The notes beneath the pieces are model-generated. The model did no database searches. It saw only the letters and a list, made by a program, of their open reading frames with translations, and had not been told where the DNA came from. From positions 2,720,001-2,784,000 of the forward strand of contig OZ242214.1 in assembly GCA_965206595.1 (NCBI GenBank): DNA of 64,000 nucleotides, written 5' to 3'. The position numbers were made by a program, and so were the translations under genes. Every line of letters begins with the position of its first letter. The stretch's first letter is position 1. This DNA is from Candidatus Latescibacterota bacterium. Lineage in GTDB: Bacteria > Latescibacterota > UBA2968 > UBA8231. Shown piece by piece: positions 19,274-29,644 of the stretch.

Positions 19274-20304
19274 TGCGACGGATCAATTCCTTCACCTTCC
19301 TGAAGGAGCCTTAGTCGAATCGCCCGCCGCGTGAGGATGCCGAACCAGATCTCCACCTGGTTTAGCCAGCACGCATAGGTCGGGGTGAAATGGAGGTGGA
19401 AGCGGGGGTGTCGAGCCCGCCACTGCTTTACTTTGGCGTGTTTGTGGGTAGCGTAGTTATCGACCACCAGATGAAGGTCCAGATCCGCCGGCACCTGGGC
19501 CTCGATGTGGCGCAGAAACTGGAGAAATTCCTGATGCCGATGGCGGGGCTTGCACTGCGCTATGACCTGTCCGCTCTCGATGTTGAGCGCCGCAAACAGG
19601 GTGGTCGTGCCATGGCGTTTGTAGTCGTGGGTTACCCCTTCCACATAGCCCAGACCCAAAGGCAGCAACGGCTGGCTGCGCTCCAGGGCCTGGATCTGGC
19701 TCTTCTCGTCTACGCACAACACCAGGGCATGCTCGGGAGGATTCAGATACAGACCGACGATGTCGCGCACTTTCTCCACGAAGAACGGATCGGTGGACAG
19801 TTTGAAGGTCTTCTGCCGATGGGGCTGTAAGCCGAAGGTGCGCCAGATGCGATGCACCGTGTCCTTGGACATCCCCGAGGCGGCCGCCATGGAGCGCACC
19901 GTCCACTGGGTCTGGTCTTGTATACGACCGCCGCCACCTGCTCGTCATCAATGGAGCGGGGCGTCCCCGGACGGAGCTCGTCATACAGGCCCATGAGACC
20001 TTGCTCCACAAAGCGCTTGCGCCCCTTTCCAACGGTCGCCGGCGAGGTGGACAAGCAGCTGGCAATGGCTTGGTTGGGCCAACCGTCGGCGGCTAGCAGA
20101 ACAATCTCTGCACGACGGACCAGACCGTGGGGCTTGGAACGTGAGTTGGCTAGAGATTGCAATTGCTTTCGAGTCCGTTCACTCAATTCAAACGGAACCA
20201 ACGGGCGTCCAGATCGCATCGGGTCTCTCCTTTGGAAAAGGTCCTTGGAGAAGGATACCCACGAAGCGGATATTATGCTAGTTATTTCTGAGACTATACA
20301 CTAG
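19270..20304 (-). mobile_element. IS630-family element, frameshifted and 3'-truncated
   Basis: [43 protein letters not shown]; CTAGTGTATAGTCTCAGAAATAAC end at ~20304; other end not seen. Confidence 0.9.
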
Positions 20305-20374
20305 CGTCCCCCAAACCACCCAGCCGCCACTGACCTTGTTCAAATTCAGTTCGACGGCAGAGCAGGTATTCCAG

Positions 20375-20683
20375 TCATCGCAGGGTCACCTCTTCCTCGG
20401 GGTCAAAGTTGCCGAAACTCGCATCCGGGTCAGCATGGATCGTGTCGTCCAAGTCGTCTTCCACAACCGGATCCACTTCCGGCAGTTCAGGCGCCCACTC
20501 ACGCACGTCGAGCTTACCGGTGACGACATCGGCGATCAGGCGGGTGCGGTATTCGCCGAGGAGTTCGATCTGGCGGTTAGCGCGGCTAGTGGCGGTGTTC
20601 AGCCTAGCGGTACTCGCTTCTATCTGTCGCACGATTAAGCCTTGTTCATAAACCGGTGCCACCGCAATCCCTCTAGAACCGAT
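20375..20683 (-). pseudogene. hsdS: 3' part of hsdS, downstream of ISL3
   Basis: IELLGEYRTRLIADVVTGKLDVR; joins in frame to 47004 (NVDIIG-SRGIAVAP) once ISL3 and one TSD are removed. Confidence 0.92.
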
Positions 20684-20689
20684 GGCTCG

Positions 20690-21458
20690 TCAGTAGAATT
20701 CGTGGGTGAATTGTGGCTCGGGTAAATCGCCAAGCTGATGGAACGAAGCGATTTGGAGTGCCTTGAAGGTGCGAAATCCGAATGCTTTTCTCACCGTCAG
20801 ATTCCATTTCAGGTTCAAACCCTCGACCATGCCGTTGTTGAACTGCTTCCGGGCCCTGAACCAATTGAGGATGAGCTCTTGATGCCGCCGCAGCATCCTG
20901 GCGATGTCTTTCATTGGTTCGATGTTGCTTCTCATCGTACGGAAACACCAGCGCTGGAGAAACTTCTCAGCCCAAGCCGGGTAGGTGTAGTCCCAGAAGC
21001 GCTGGAAGTCCTCCTTGAGCAGGTAGGCTCGGACCGTCCGCAGGTTCATCTTCAATAGCTCCGACAGCTTCAAGCCCTGGGAGTCGCTGAGGTTCTCCTT
21101 GCGCTTCAGGAAGCACCAGCGGCTCTTGCTCAGGACCGGATCCTGGCCCTGTTCTTTGAGTCTGCGGGCCTCTTCGGCACGGACTTTGTCGAGGCCCTTG
21201 CCAAAGTGCTGCATGATGTGAAAACGGTCGAGGATATGTACCGCGGTGGGCAGCCGCTTGCTGATCACGGTGAGGTAGGCTTTCCAGATATCAGAGCAGA
21301 TGACGGTAATCTGGTCGAGGAAACGGGTCGGCTCCTGCTCGCCGGCGGCTTCCTGCTTGCGCCGGTGCTCCTGCTCCAGTTCGGTAAAGCCGTCGTTCAA
21401 GGCCTTCTTCGTCCGCTTCTCGCCCATCCACAACAGGCGGCGGCGGTGGGGGTCGATC
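20690..21458 (-). pseudogene. ISL3 transposase, C-terminal half
   Basis: ICSDIWKAY, LDRFHI, NGMVEGLN, AFGFR. Confidence 0.93.
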
Positions 21459-21642
21459 GGGGATTATATACATAATTCAGCAAGCCTGATTTAAGTAATC
21501 TCACCCGCGAATTTAAAGAAAATCTGGTATAATATTATAGAGAAAATACAGAAGAGAGGACATCCAGAGCCTCCAGTGTTTAGCCCCGAGCACGGAAGTG
21601 TGCCACCTTGACACCGTGAATCTGGGTCGATACTCGCATCAT
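21459..21642 (+). repeat. Left long terminal inverted repeat with inward extended -10 (TGGTATAAT, 21525-21533)
   Basis: Aligns with the reverse complement of ~46140-46321. Confidence 0.9.
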
Positions 21643-21659
21643 TTTCTGGATCTGCATGT

Positions 21660-21997
21660 CGTGGAAGCGACGAGAAATCATTCCGTCTGGTTGACGAGTT
21701 GACAAGGGGAGATAGCTGGGGATTCCTGAAGCAGGCTGATCCATGCTCAAGATCCCCCGAAAATCCTGACCCCAGGCTACCAGCAGGGGTTGTCGCCTTG
21801 GTGACCATCCTGATAGATCGGGGGCTTCATCCACAGACCCAGTTCGATTCGCGATACGGAAGCGAGGCACCAGGCAGCAGTTTTCATCTTTCTGACCATT
21901 CGAGAAGATTTCCCCGCTTTCTTCCACAGACCCAGTTCTACTCCCGATCCGGAAAACGGTTTCCTCCCGACTGACGAAAGGTTACCAGCAGGTCCTC
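21660..21997. repeat. Conserved post-transposase module built from degenerate ~90-115 bp repeats
   Basis: GGCTACSAGCAGG..GTTGTCRYCTT..TGACCAT..TCCACAGACYCAGTTC recurs at ~21775, ~21866, ~25629 and ~34154. Confidence 0.75.
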
Positions 21998-23007
21998 TTG
22001 GATCCGGAGAGCATCCCTGCATCCGGGATATGGCCCTGTTGCAGTCCGTTGATTTCACCGGGCTTTTCCACCTTCCTGACCTTGCGGAAGGGTTCGCCCT
22101 CCTTCCACCGATGATGAGTGAAGGGTCTCGGGGGGACCTCCGTCGCCAGCAGATCCCGGTGGGTCAGCGGCTTCCCAACCATGCCGGAAACAAGGGATTT
22201 CATCTGATCCAGGGTATCCATTCCTCGAAGATTGTGCCTGCCTGTGATCTCGTTGAGGTATTGGGGCAAATACTTGGGAGATAGGTGGCGATAGATGCCG
22301 TAGGTTCCCTTGATCTGAGAATTGAACGATTCAGCACGGTTCGTTGTGGCGTCGTCCCTGGCGTATTCACCGTTTTTGTGATTGACGACTTCGTGCCTTG
22401 CCGCCCATCGGAAATCGGAGTAGGCGGGTAACTCGTCGGTAAAAAGGGTGCCCCCCCGGCGTAGGTGTTTCTTCACGAAAGCGGACAAGGTCTCTTCCGT
22501 CTTTTTGAGGATCACCTCGGCGGCTACGCTGCCGGTTTCTCGGTCGTACATTACGGCGGCGATGCTGACGCCCTTCTGCCACTGGCGACCGAATTTCTTG
22601 TTGCGGTGCCTGTTTGGATCTTCTCCTCCGATATTGACTTCGTCTACTTCACCGACATTGCAGTTGAGGCTTTCCTGTTTGGGCCAGCCTTCCCGGATGC
22701 GATGCAGCATGAACAATGCGGATTTCTCCGTTAGGCCGAGGTCAAAGGCGAGCTGCCTGCCGCTGATTCCGTAGGGCCGGGTCAGATGCAGGTGAATTCC
22801 GATAGCCCACTTCCGCAAGGGGATCTTGGAGTTGGCCAAAACCGACCCGGTGCGAACGCTGAAGTGCTTCCGGCAGTCGCCGCACCAGTAGGGCCTGTTC
22901 GAGCGGTTGCGGCAGGCCGTAATCCGGTCGCAGCATCCGCAGTGAGGGCAGTATATGCGAACAGGAAGCCCGTCTACGAGCTCCCCCATCTGTCTTCGTC
23001 GAGCCAT
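21982..23007 (-). CDS. IS1595-family transposase, N-terminally truncated
   Basis: Zn ribbon CPHC...CGDC, HTH, EVDEVNIGG, LFTDE, HEVVNH, TNRAESFNSQIK. Confidence 0.9.
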   Translation of the reverse strand: MARRRQMGELVDGLPVRIYCPHCGCCDRITACRNRSNRPYWCGDCRKHFSVRTGSVLANSKIPLRKWAIGIHLHLTRPYGISGRQLAFDLGLTEKSALFMLHRIREGWPKQESLNCNVGEVDEVNIGGEDPNRHRNKKFGRQWQKGVSIAAVMYDRETGSVAAEVILKKTEETLSAFVKKHLRRGGTLFTDELPAYSDFRWAARHEVVNHKNGEYARDDATTNRAESFNSQIKGTYGIYRHLSPKYLPQYLNEITGRHNLRGMDTLDQMKSLVSGMVGKPLTHRDLLATEVPPRPFTHHRWKEGEPFRKVRKVEKPGEINGLQQGHIPDAGMLSGSKRTCW

Positions 23008-23242
23008 TTTTCTGCTCTGGGATCCTCAAGTGTTTAGCCCGGAACACGGCAACATGGTCATATGGCACCCTGAATCGGGGTCGATAGGCGCATCACTACC
23101 GGGTCTATTCGGGGGGCTACCGGGCAAGGAACCTCCAAATCAGAGAGCCCGTCGAGCCTGATCGTTCTGTGTGCAGAAAATTCGCCCCCTGCTTCAGATC
23201 GTGCAATCCGCTTGGGCGAGCAGGAGAAGGAGGAGAGGAGGC

Positions 23243-24151
23243 CTACTCCAAAGAGGCTTTGATCCGTCCCCAGGTAACGGACTCGACTGCCGTAGCCTGA
23301 GCGGGAAGCAACAGCCCATCGAGAAAGATATCCGCCATTGAATGAAACAGCCACCGGAAGGCTTCCTCGTCGTCAATGCCTTCCGGGTTCCAGGGTACTG
23401 GAGTATCTACATCAACGGAGGGATCGGAGGGATCGGAGTCGTGGATGACAGGTGCGAAACCGATGATCTGATTGGCGGACAGCTCGCTGAAAGGGATTTC
23501 AGCTATGCTGTCGCCCCATCCGTCCTGTGGCGTGACATACATCTCGACAACCCAGACAAAGGGGTTTTCTCCAGCTACACTTCCACCCGCATCTCCGTAG
23601 GGCGGGGAGGTGTGCCAGGGTTGGAGAAAGCTGTGTTCGCTGGCCAAGGTTGGGCCGCTTACTGTTCGTGAAATGGCCTCGTATTTCTGCGTTTCTCCAT
23701 AACTCGGCAATCTATCCTCAAGCGTACCGTAGCCATGGATGAATCCTTTGCCGCCGCTATGATCCGCATCGAGGTAAAGCGTAATGCTGTCATTAAGGGG
23801 AATCCATGGTATGATACCCTCTCCAGACCAATCATGGTTGTTCTCGTATTCATCGTCGATTACGATGAAGGCTGCATATATTCGGTTCAGTTCGTCGTGC
23901 CAAGCCAGCCAGATGCGGAAGTCGAGGTTGGAGGGATCAGGAGGGATATAATCATCGTTGGTCTTGAAATCCAGCAGGGTCATGTTGGGTTCGCCGATCT
24001 CATACCACTCGTCGACAAATCCATCGTGTATATTGATTTTTCTCAGCATTTCATCGGTAAGCTCGTAGAAGGGGTACAGGCGATTCCCGCTATGCGCTTC
24101 ACCCAAGCTCGCAAAAATCAGGACGATAAGAAGTCCACTAAGTACCTGCAT
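23243..24151 (-). CDS. Secreted CBM9/DOMON-like protein, copy 1
   Basis: Signal peptide (GEA|HSG), IHDGFVDEW, WLAWHDELNRIY, YLDADHSGG, C-terminal TAVESVTWGRIK. Confidence 0.65.
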   Translation of the reverse strand: MQVLSGLLIVLIFASLGEAHSGNRLYPFYELTDEMLRKINIHDGFVDEWYEIGEPNMTLLDFKTNDDYIPPDPSNLDFRIWLAWHDELNRIYAAFIVIDDEYENNHDWSGEGIIPWIPLNDSITLYLDADHSGGKGFIHGYGTLEDRLPSYGETQKYEAISRTVSGPTLASEHSFLQPWHTSPPYGDAGGSVAGENPFVWVVEMYVTPQDGWGDSIAEIPFSELSANQIIGFAPVIHDSDPSDPSVDVDTPVPWNPEGIDDEEAFRWLFHSMADIFLDGLLLPAQATAVESVTWGRIKASLE

Positions 24152-24173
24152 TGATTCCCCCTTGGGTTTCCAT

Positions 24174-25058
24174 TCAGAAGTCAACCAATCGAACCAGCCA
24201 GCCCCAAAAGGGCTCAGGACGGCTGGACAGGAAGCAATAGTTATCCCCATCCGGTGACCATGACAGCTGCAAGTCACTTTCATGGGAAGGAAGCCGGGTT
24301 ACCTTCGTTCCCTTCACGTAGACGCCTCCTATCCCATCTCGGTTGGAGAGAAATGCAACCTCTCCCTTTGAAGTCCAAACCGGATTCCAGTCTTTCGCGA
24401 AATGGTTTGTCATTCTTGTAATCGTCCCATCTAAATCTGCAATACAGATTTCCGGGTTACCGTAGCGGATGCACTCGAAGGCAATTCGAGTGCCTTCGGG
24501 CGACCACGCAGGACGAACATCCGGGCTGTCATGGCGGGTGAGGTTGCGGAGACGGCCTTCTTGGTCCGCAAGATAGATTTCCATGTTGCTGTCTCGGTAG
24601 GTTGTAAAAGCAAGTAGGCCGTTCTTTGACCAAGCTGGAAGAATTCCGTCCTGAATGATTTTCTTAATCTGGCCATCCTCAAGGTTCAAACTGAAGATAT
24701 CGTACGACTCTGCCTCCTCCGCGCCACCCCCAAATGCGATCTCAGTGCTGTTGGGATGCCAGGACATGCCAAGGGTGAAGGTCAGTGGTGATGGCATAGG
24801 AATCGTTTTCAACCGGTCCCCATCAGTTGAGATAAGTTGAAATGCGTTATCCTGTCGATCATGGTAGAGGATGTGTTGGCCATCTGGAGACCAAATGGGG
24901 TTAAAAGCCCCAGAATCAGACAGTCGCCGAACCTGATCGTTAATTTTGCAATAAACACTCCCGCTTTCGTGCCCATCCACAGGAGATAGCAAGAGGAGCA
25001 AGAGAGGCCCTATTCTAACGAAGCCCTGTTTAATTCCCATGGATTCGGAGAGGCCCAC
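24174..25058 (-). CDS. Secreted TolB-like PD40 beta-propeller, copy 1
   Basis: Repeated PIWSPDG / PAWSPEG / SWSPDG motifs, signal peptide. Confidence 0.9.
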   Translation of the reverse strand: MGLSESMGIKQGFVRIGPLLLLLLSPVDGHESGSVYCKINDQVRRLSDSGAFNPIWSPDGQHILYHDRQDNAFQLISTDGDRLKTIPMPSPLTFTLGMSWHPNSTEIAFGGGAEEAESYDIFSLNLEDGQIKKIIQDGILPAWSKNGLLAFTTYRDSNMEIYLADQEGRLRNLTRHDSPDVRPAWSPEGTRIAFECIRYGNPEICIADLDGTITRMTNHFAKDWNPVWTSKGEVAFLSNRDGIGGVYVKGTKVTRLPSHESDLQLSWSPDGDNYCFLSSRPEPFWGWLVRLVDF

Positions 25059-25179
25059 CTGAGTCGGACAACAACTGTTGGAAGCCAGCGATAAATTGCT
25101 TACCCTAGTGGCTTGGGTTCGCTACGGCCCCCGGCAACGGTCCAAACTTCCAAGTCTATCTGTTTGCTATGCCGGGGAT

Positions 25180-25225
25180 TCCACCGGGATTCTCAAGCGC
25201 GTCGGGATAAGAGAATCCCGGTGGA
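25180..25225 (-). terminator. 15-bp perfect hairpin between the peptide and TolB genes
   Basis: TCCACCGGGATTCTC-16nt-GAGAATCCCGGTGGA; second copy at 33336-33381. Confidence 0.55.
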
Positions 25226-25254
25226 CGGACAACTGCCTTCCTCCATTTAGTTCA

Positions 25255-25482
25255 TCACTGGTCACAACACATGCATTGATAGCCGTTCCCGTAAAGCTCG
25301 GCATGACTATGGCTATGACTCCAGCAGTGGTAGCCACACATCCATTGCTGTGCTACGGATGTATGGTGGCCGTATTCCTCAAGCGATCGCGGAGGAGAGT
25401 GAGCACCAACATAGGTAATGGCAGTTAGAGAGACTCCAATTGCCATCAAAGCGCTAATTATGAGGCTTTTTCGGCGAATCAT
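25255..25482 (-). CDS. 75-aa secreted His/Cys-rich peptide, variant 1
   Basis: GAGGAGG RBS; signal peptide ending VGA; mature HSPPRSLEEYGHH...WMCGYHCW...QCMCCDQ; two paralogues of identical length. Confidence 0.85.
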   Translation of the reverse strand: MIRRKSLIISALMAIGVSLTAITYVGAHSPPRSLEEYGHHTSVAQQWMCGYHCWSHSHSHAELYGNGYQCMCCDQ

Positions 25483-25830
25483 TACAACCTCCTCTTGGGA
25501 GAGAGAACCTTTGGGAATGTCGGGCGACAAGCCCAACAGCTTAGTAAGCAAGCTAATGAATCTGTTGATGGTTTTGCAAGGAAAAAGACAAGGATACAAA
25601 AACCATCGTAGGAAGATACGGAAGGGAAGGCTACGAGCAGGGTTGTCGCCTTGCTGACCATCCTGATTGATTCGGGGCTTCATCCACAGACTCAGTTCTA
25701 TTCCCGGTCCGTAAAACAGTATCCTCCCGACTGACGGCAGGCTACGAGCAGGTCCTCATGGCCCCCCGAGCGCATCCTACACCTCCGGAAACAGACGAGC
25801 AGGAAACCGAGGTCCCTGTTCCGTCGAAAA

Positions 25831-26793
25831 TCAGAACCCATCCGGATTTGTCACCGTGGTGACCTTGAGAAAGGGTTCGCCCTCCTTCCACCGATGATGA
25901 GTGAAGGGTCTCGGGGGGACCTCCGTCGCCAGCAGATCCCGGTGGGTCAGCGGCTTCCCAACCATGCCGGAAACAAGGGATTTCATCTGATCCAGGGTAT
26001 CCATTCCTCGAAGATTGTGCCTGCCTGTGATCTCGTTGAGGTATTGGGGCAAATACTTGGGAGATAGGTGGCGATAGATGCCGTAGGTTCCCTTGATCTG
26101 AGAATTGAACGATTCAGCACGGTTCGTTGTGGCGTCGCCCCTGGCGTATTCCCCTTTTTTTGTGATTGACGGCTTCGTGTCTTGCCGCCCATCCGAAATC
26201 GGAATAAGAGGGATACTCGTCGGAAAAAAGCGTGCCCCCTTGGCGTAGGTGTTTCTTGATGAAAAGGGATAAGGTTCTTCCTCTGTCCTGTCGGGGATCA
26301 CCTCGGAGGCTACCTTGCCGGTGTCCGGGTCGCACATTACGCCCGCGATGCTGACGCCCTTCGCCCAGTTGTGGCCAAACCTCTTGTCGAAATGCCTGTT
26401 TTTATCGACTCCCCCGATGAAGACTTCGTCTACTTCACCGACCCGGCAGTTGAGGCTTTCCTGTTCTGGCCAGCCTTCCCGGATGCGATGCAGCATGAAC
26501 AATGCGGATTTCTCCGTTAGGCCGAGGTCAAAGGCGAGCTGCCTGCCGCTGATTCCGTAGGGCCGGGTCAGATGCAGGTGAATTCCGATAGCCCACTTCC
26601 GCAAGGGGATCTTGGAGTTGGCCAAAACCGACCCGGTGCGAACGCTGAAGTGCTTCCGGCAGGCTCCGCACCAGTAGGGCCTGTTCCCGTGTTTTCGACA
26701 CGCCGTTATCCGGTCGCAGCATCCGCAGTGAGGGCAGTATATGCGAACAGGAAGCCCGTCTACGAGCTCCCCCATCTGTCTTCGTCGAGCCAT
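25831..26793 (-). pseudogene. IS1595-family transposase, truncated, with two compensating frameshifts
   Basis: Paralogue of 21982-23007; the central TLSLFIKKHLRQGGTLFSDE segment is in another frame. Confidence 0.88.
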
Positions 26794-27028
26794 TTTTCTG
26801 CTCTGGGATCCTCAAGTGTTTAGCCCGGAACACGGCAACATGGTCATATGGCACCCTGAATCGGGGTCGATAGGCGCATCACTACCGGGTCTATTCGGGG
26901 GGCTACCGGGCAAGGAACCTCCAAATCAGAGAGCCCGTCGAGCCTGATCGTTCTGTGTGCAGAAAATTCGCCCCCTGCTTCAGATCGTGCAATCCGCTTG
27001 GGCGAGCAGGAGAAGGAGGAGAGGAGGC

Positions 27029-27928
27029 CTACTCCAAAGAGGCTTTGATCCGTCCCCAGGTAACGGACTCGACTGCCGTAGCCTGAGCGGGAAGCAACAG
27101 CCCATCGAGGAAGATATCCGCCATTGAATGAAACAGCCACCGGAGGGCTTCCTCATCGTCAATGCCTTCCGGGTTCCAGGGTATTGAAGTCTCTACATCA
27201 AAGGAGGGATCGGAGTCATTGATGACAGGTGCGAAACCGATGATCTGATTGGCGGACAGCTCGCTGAAAGGGATTTCAGCTATGCTGTCGCCCCATCCGT
27301 CCTGTGGCGTGACATACATCTCGACAACCCAGACAAAGGGGTTTTCTCCAGCTACACTTCCACCCGCATCTCCGTAGGGCGGGGAGGTGTGCCAGGGTTG
27401 GAGAAAGCTGTGTTCGCTGGCCAAGGTTGGGCCGCTTACTGTTCGTGAAATGGCAGAGTATTTCTGCGTTTCTCCATAACTCGGCAATCTATCCTCAAGC
27501 GTACCGTAGCCATGGATGAATCCTTTGCCGCCGCTATGATCCGCATCGAGGTAAAGCGTAATGCTGTCATTAAGGGGAATCCATGGTATGATACCCTCTC
27601 CAGACCAATCATGGTTGTTCTCGTATTCATCGTCGATTACGATGAAGGCTGCATATATTCGGTTCAGTTCGTCGTGCCAAGCCAGCCAGATGCGGAAGTC
27701 GAGGTTGGAGGGATCAGGAGGGATAAAATTATCGTTGGTCTTGAAATCCAGCAGGGTCATGTTGGGTTCGCCGATCTCATACCACTCGTCGATAAATCCA
27801 TCGTGTATATTGATTTTTCTCAGCATTTCATCAGTAAGCTCGTAGAAGGGGTACAGGCGATTCCCGCTATGCGCTTCACCCAAGCTCGCAAAAATCAAGA
27901 CGATAAGAAGTCCACTAAGTACCTGCAA
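27029..27928 (-). CDS. Secreted CBM9/DOMON-like protein, copy 2 (TTG start)
   Basis: Near-identical to copy 1 apart from clustered substitutions. Confidence 0.65.
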   Translation of the reverse strand: MQVLSGLLIVLIFASLGEAHSGNRLYPFYELTDEMLRKINIHDGFIDEWYEIGEPNMTLLDFKTNDNFIPPDPSNLDFRIWLAWHDELNRIYAAFIVIDDEYENNHDWSGEGIIPWIPLNDSITLYLDADHSGGKGFIHGYGTLEDRLPSYGETQKYSAISRTVSGPTLASEHSFLQPWHTSPPYGDAGGSVAGENPFVWVVEMYVTPQDGWGDSIAEIPFSELSANQIIGFAPVINDSDPSFDVETSIPWNPEGIDDEEALRWLFHSMADIFLDGLLLPAQATAVESVTWGRIKASLE

Positions 27929-27949
27929 AGATTACCCCTTGGGTTTCCA

Positions 27950-28675
27950 TGACGACTGTTTCATTAAAGTTAGACACTCTTGTCCAAAACAATGTTTGAA
28001 AATGGTGGTTGAAGCCCTCCGGGGTGTGTTGCATGTTGTGGTGTGCAGACCAAGCAATACAACACATCACTACAACAGGAGGGCTTCGGTGTCATGGTAC
28101 GGCAAGCGAGTCTGTTCAGTCAATTGCTGCGGCAGGTGCCGCGCAGTGAATTCGATCATCTGGTACGCCAGCACGGGGCCGAGAAATGGGCGAAGGGATT
28201 CACCTGCTGGACGCAGTTCGTGGCCATGCTGTTCTGCCATCTGGGACGGGCGGACTCGCTACGTGAGATCTGCCATGGCTTGGCCTGTTGCGTAGGCAAG
28301 CTGGTGCACATCGGGATCGGCCGGGCGCCCAAGCGCTCGTCGCTGTCCTACGCCAACGCCCATCGGCCGGCGGACCTGTTCGAGGATCTGTTCTGGCACT
28401 TGGCCGATCGCCTGCGGAGTCGGGAGGGCCTCGGTCAGCGCAAGACGAAGTTCCGCTTCAAGAATAAGCTGATGAGCCTGGACTCGACGACCCTCTCCCT
28501 GTGCCTGTCGCTGTTCCCGTGGGCCCGCTTTCGACGCGCCAAGGGTGGGGTCAAGGTGCACGTGCTGCTGGACCATGACGACTACATGCCCTCCTATGTC
28601 CTGCTGACGGAGGCACGGCGACACGACCGGATGGGCGCGCGTCTGCTCAGCCTCAACCCCGGGTCCATCGTCGCC
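27950..28675 (+). mobile_element. IS4-family element (DUF4372 transposase), 3'-truncated
   Basis: MVRQASLFSQLL...WTQFVAMLFCHL...SLDSTTLSL...KGGVKVHVLLD; begins where the TolB 3' end would be expected. Confidence 0.85.
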
Positions 28676-28679
28676 CCGT

Positions 28680-29283
28680 CAGCCCCATCAATCGACGCAC
28701 GCGCTTGCGGCCGACTTCATACCCCTAGCGCGGCAGGTGACGGGCCATCTGCCGCGACCCATACCAGGGCGTGGCCAGAAACTGCTCGTCGATACAGCGA
28801 ATCACCTGCCGGTTGAAGGCACTCCCTCCGACCCGCGTATACGTAGGTGGACGCGACAGGGCAACCAAGGTGCACGGGCGCACGACAGGGAGCCGGAGAT
28901 GATCTGGTTCGATCATCGCTTCCCTTCGGTCGCGGCTCAACGGCCGAAGGCGCGAGACAAAAAACGTTCTCGACGGTCAGCTGGCCGATTTTGGCGTGCA
29001 ACGCCTTGCCTCGGCCGCATGATCCGCGGCGCGGGAAGAGGTCTTGCGGGCGAACACCTCCGGCAAGCTCTCCGTGCTTGCCGTTTCCACTGCGCAATCA
29101 CGTTGGGGTGCAGGTTATGCTTGGCAGCGAGCTCGGCCAGGCCCTGGTCGCCGACCAGGGCCTCCAAGGCGACTTTGCCCTTGAACTGAGCGGAAAAGCT
29201 ACGCGGTTCCCCATGTCTCCAGTCCTTCCGAAGAGGGGTTGGATCCACCTAACGTAACTGTCCGAATTTCGGGGTCCACTTCT
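28680..29283 (-). mobile_element. IS3-family remnant (orfA and start of orfB), heavily frameshifted
   Basis: FSAQFKGKVALEAL...HPNVIAQWKRQ; IDEQFLATPWYGSRQM; AGTGGACCCCGAAATTCGGACA end. Confidence 0.85.
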
Positions 29284-29416
29284 AATTGTCCACATGCCCG
29301 TTCCCTTCCCAGTTCGTGCCGCCCTGCGCGGAGTGTATGTCCCCATCGGCGTCAGATCCTCCGCCCAGCGAAAACGGAGTATTCCGAACAGTTGCCAAGC
29401 TGGGAGAGGGTAACGT

Positions 29417-29644
29417 TCAGTCCATACACCTACAGCAATCACTGTGTGTCCCGTAAAGGTTCGCGACATTGTGATTATGGCCCCAGCAATAGTAGCCGCA
29501 CAGCCATGGTTGCGATAACGTGGCATCATGGCTGTAGTGAACCTCCGACAGCGGACGCGAATGAGCACCTACATATGCAGATTTGGCTAGAAAAACTCCA
29601 CCTGCTAGCAAAGCCGCAATTATTAAGTGCTTTTTACGAATCAT
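29417..29644 (-). CDS. 75-aa secreted His/Cys-rich peptide, variant 3
   Basis: GAGGAG RBS; YVGA|HSRP...WLCGYYCWGHNH...LYG...CCRCMD aligns without gaps to variants 1 and 2. Confidence 0.85.
   Translation of the reverse strand: MIRKKHLIIAALLAGGVFLAKSAYVGAHSRPLSEVHYSHDATLSQPWLCGYYCWGHNHNVANLYGTHSDCCRCMD

Noticed and set aside
21775-21997. CRISPR array
   Set aside because: Repeats are long, degenerate and few, with no unique spacers of constant length and no cas genes
25255-25482. RiPP precursor
   Set aside because: Sec-type signal peptide and no modifying enzymes or peptidase-ABC transporter nearby
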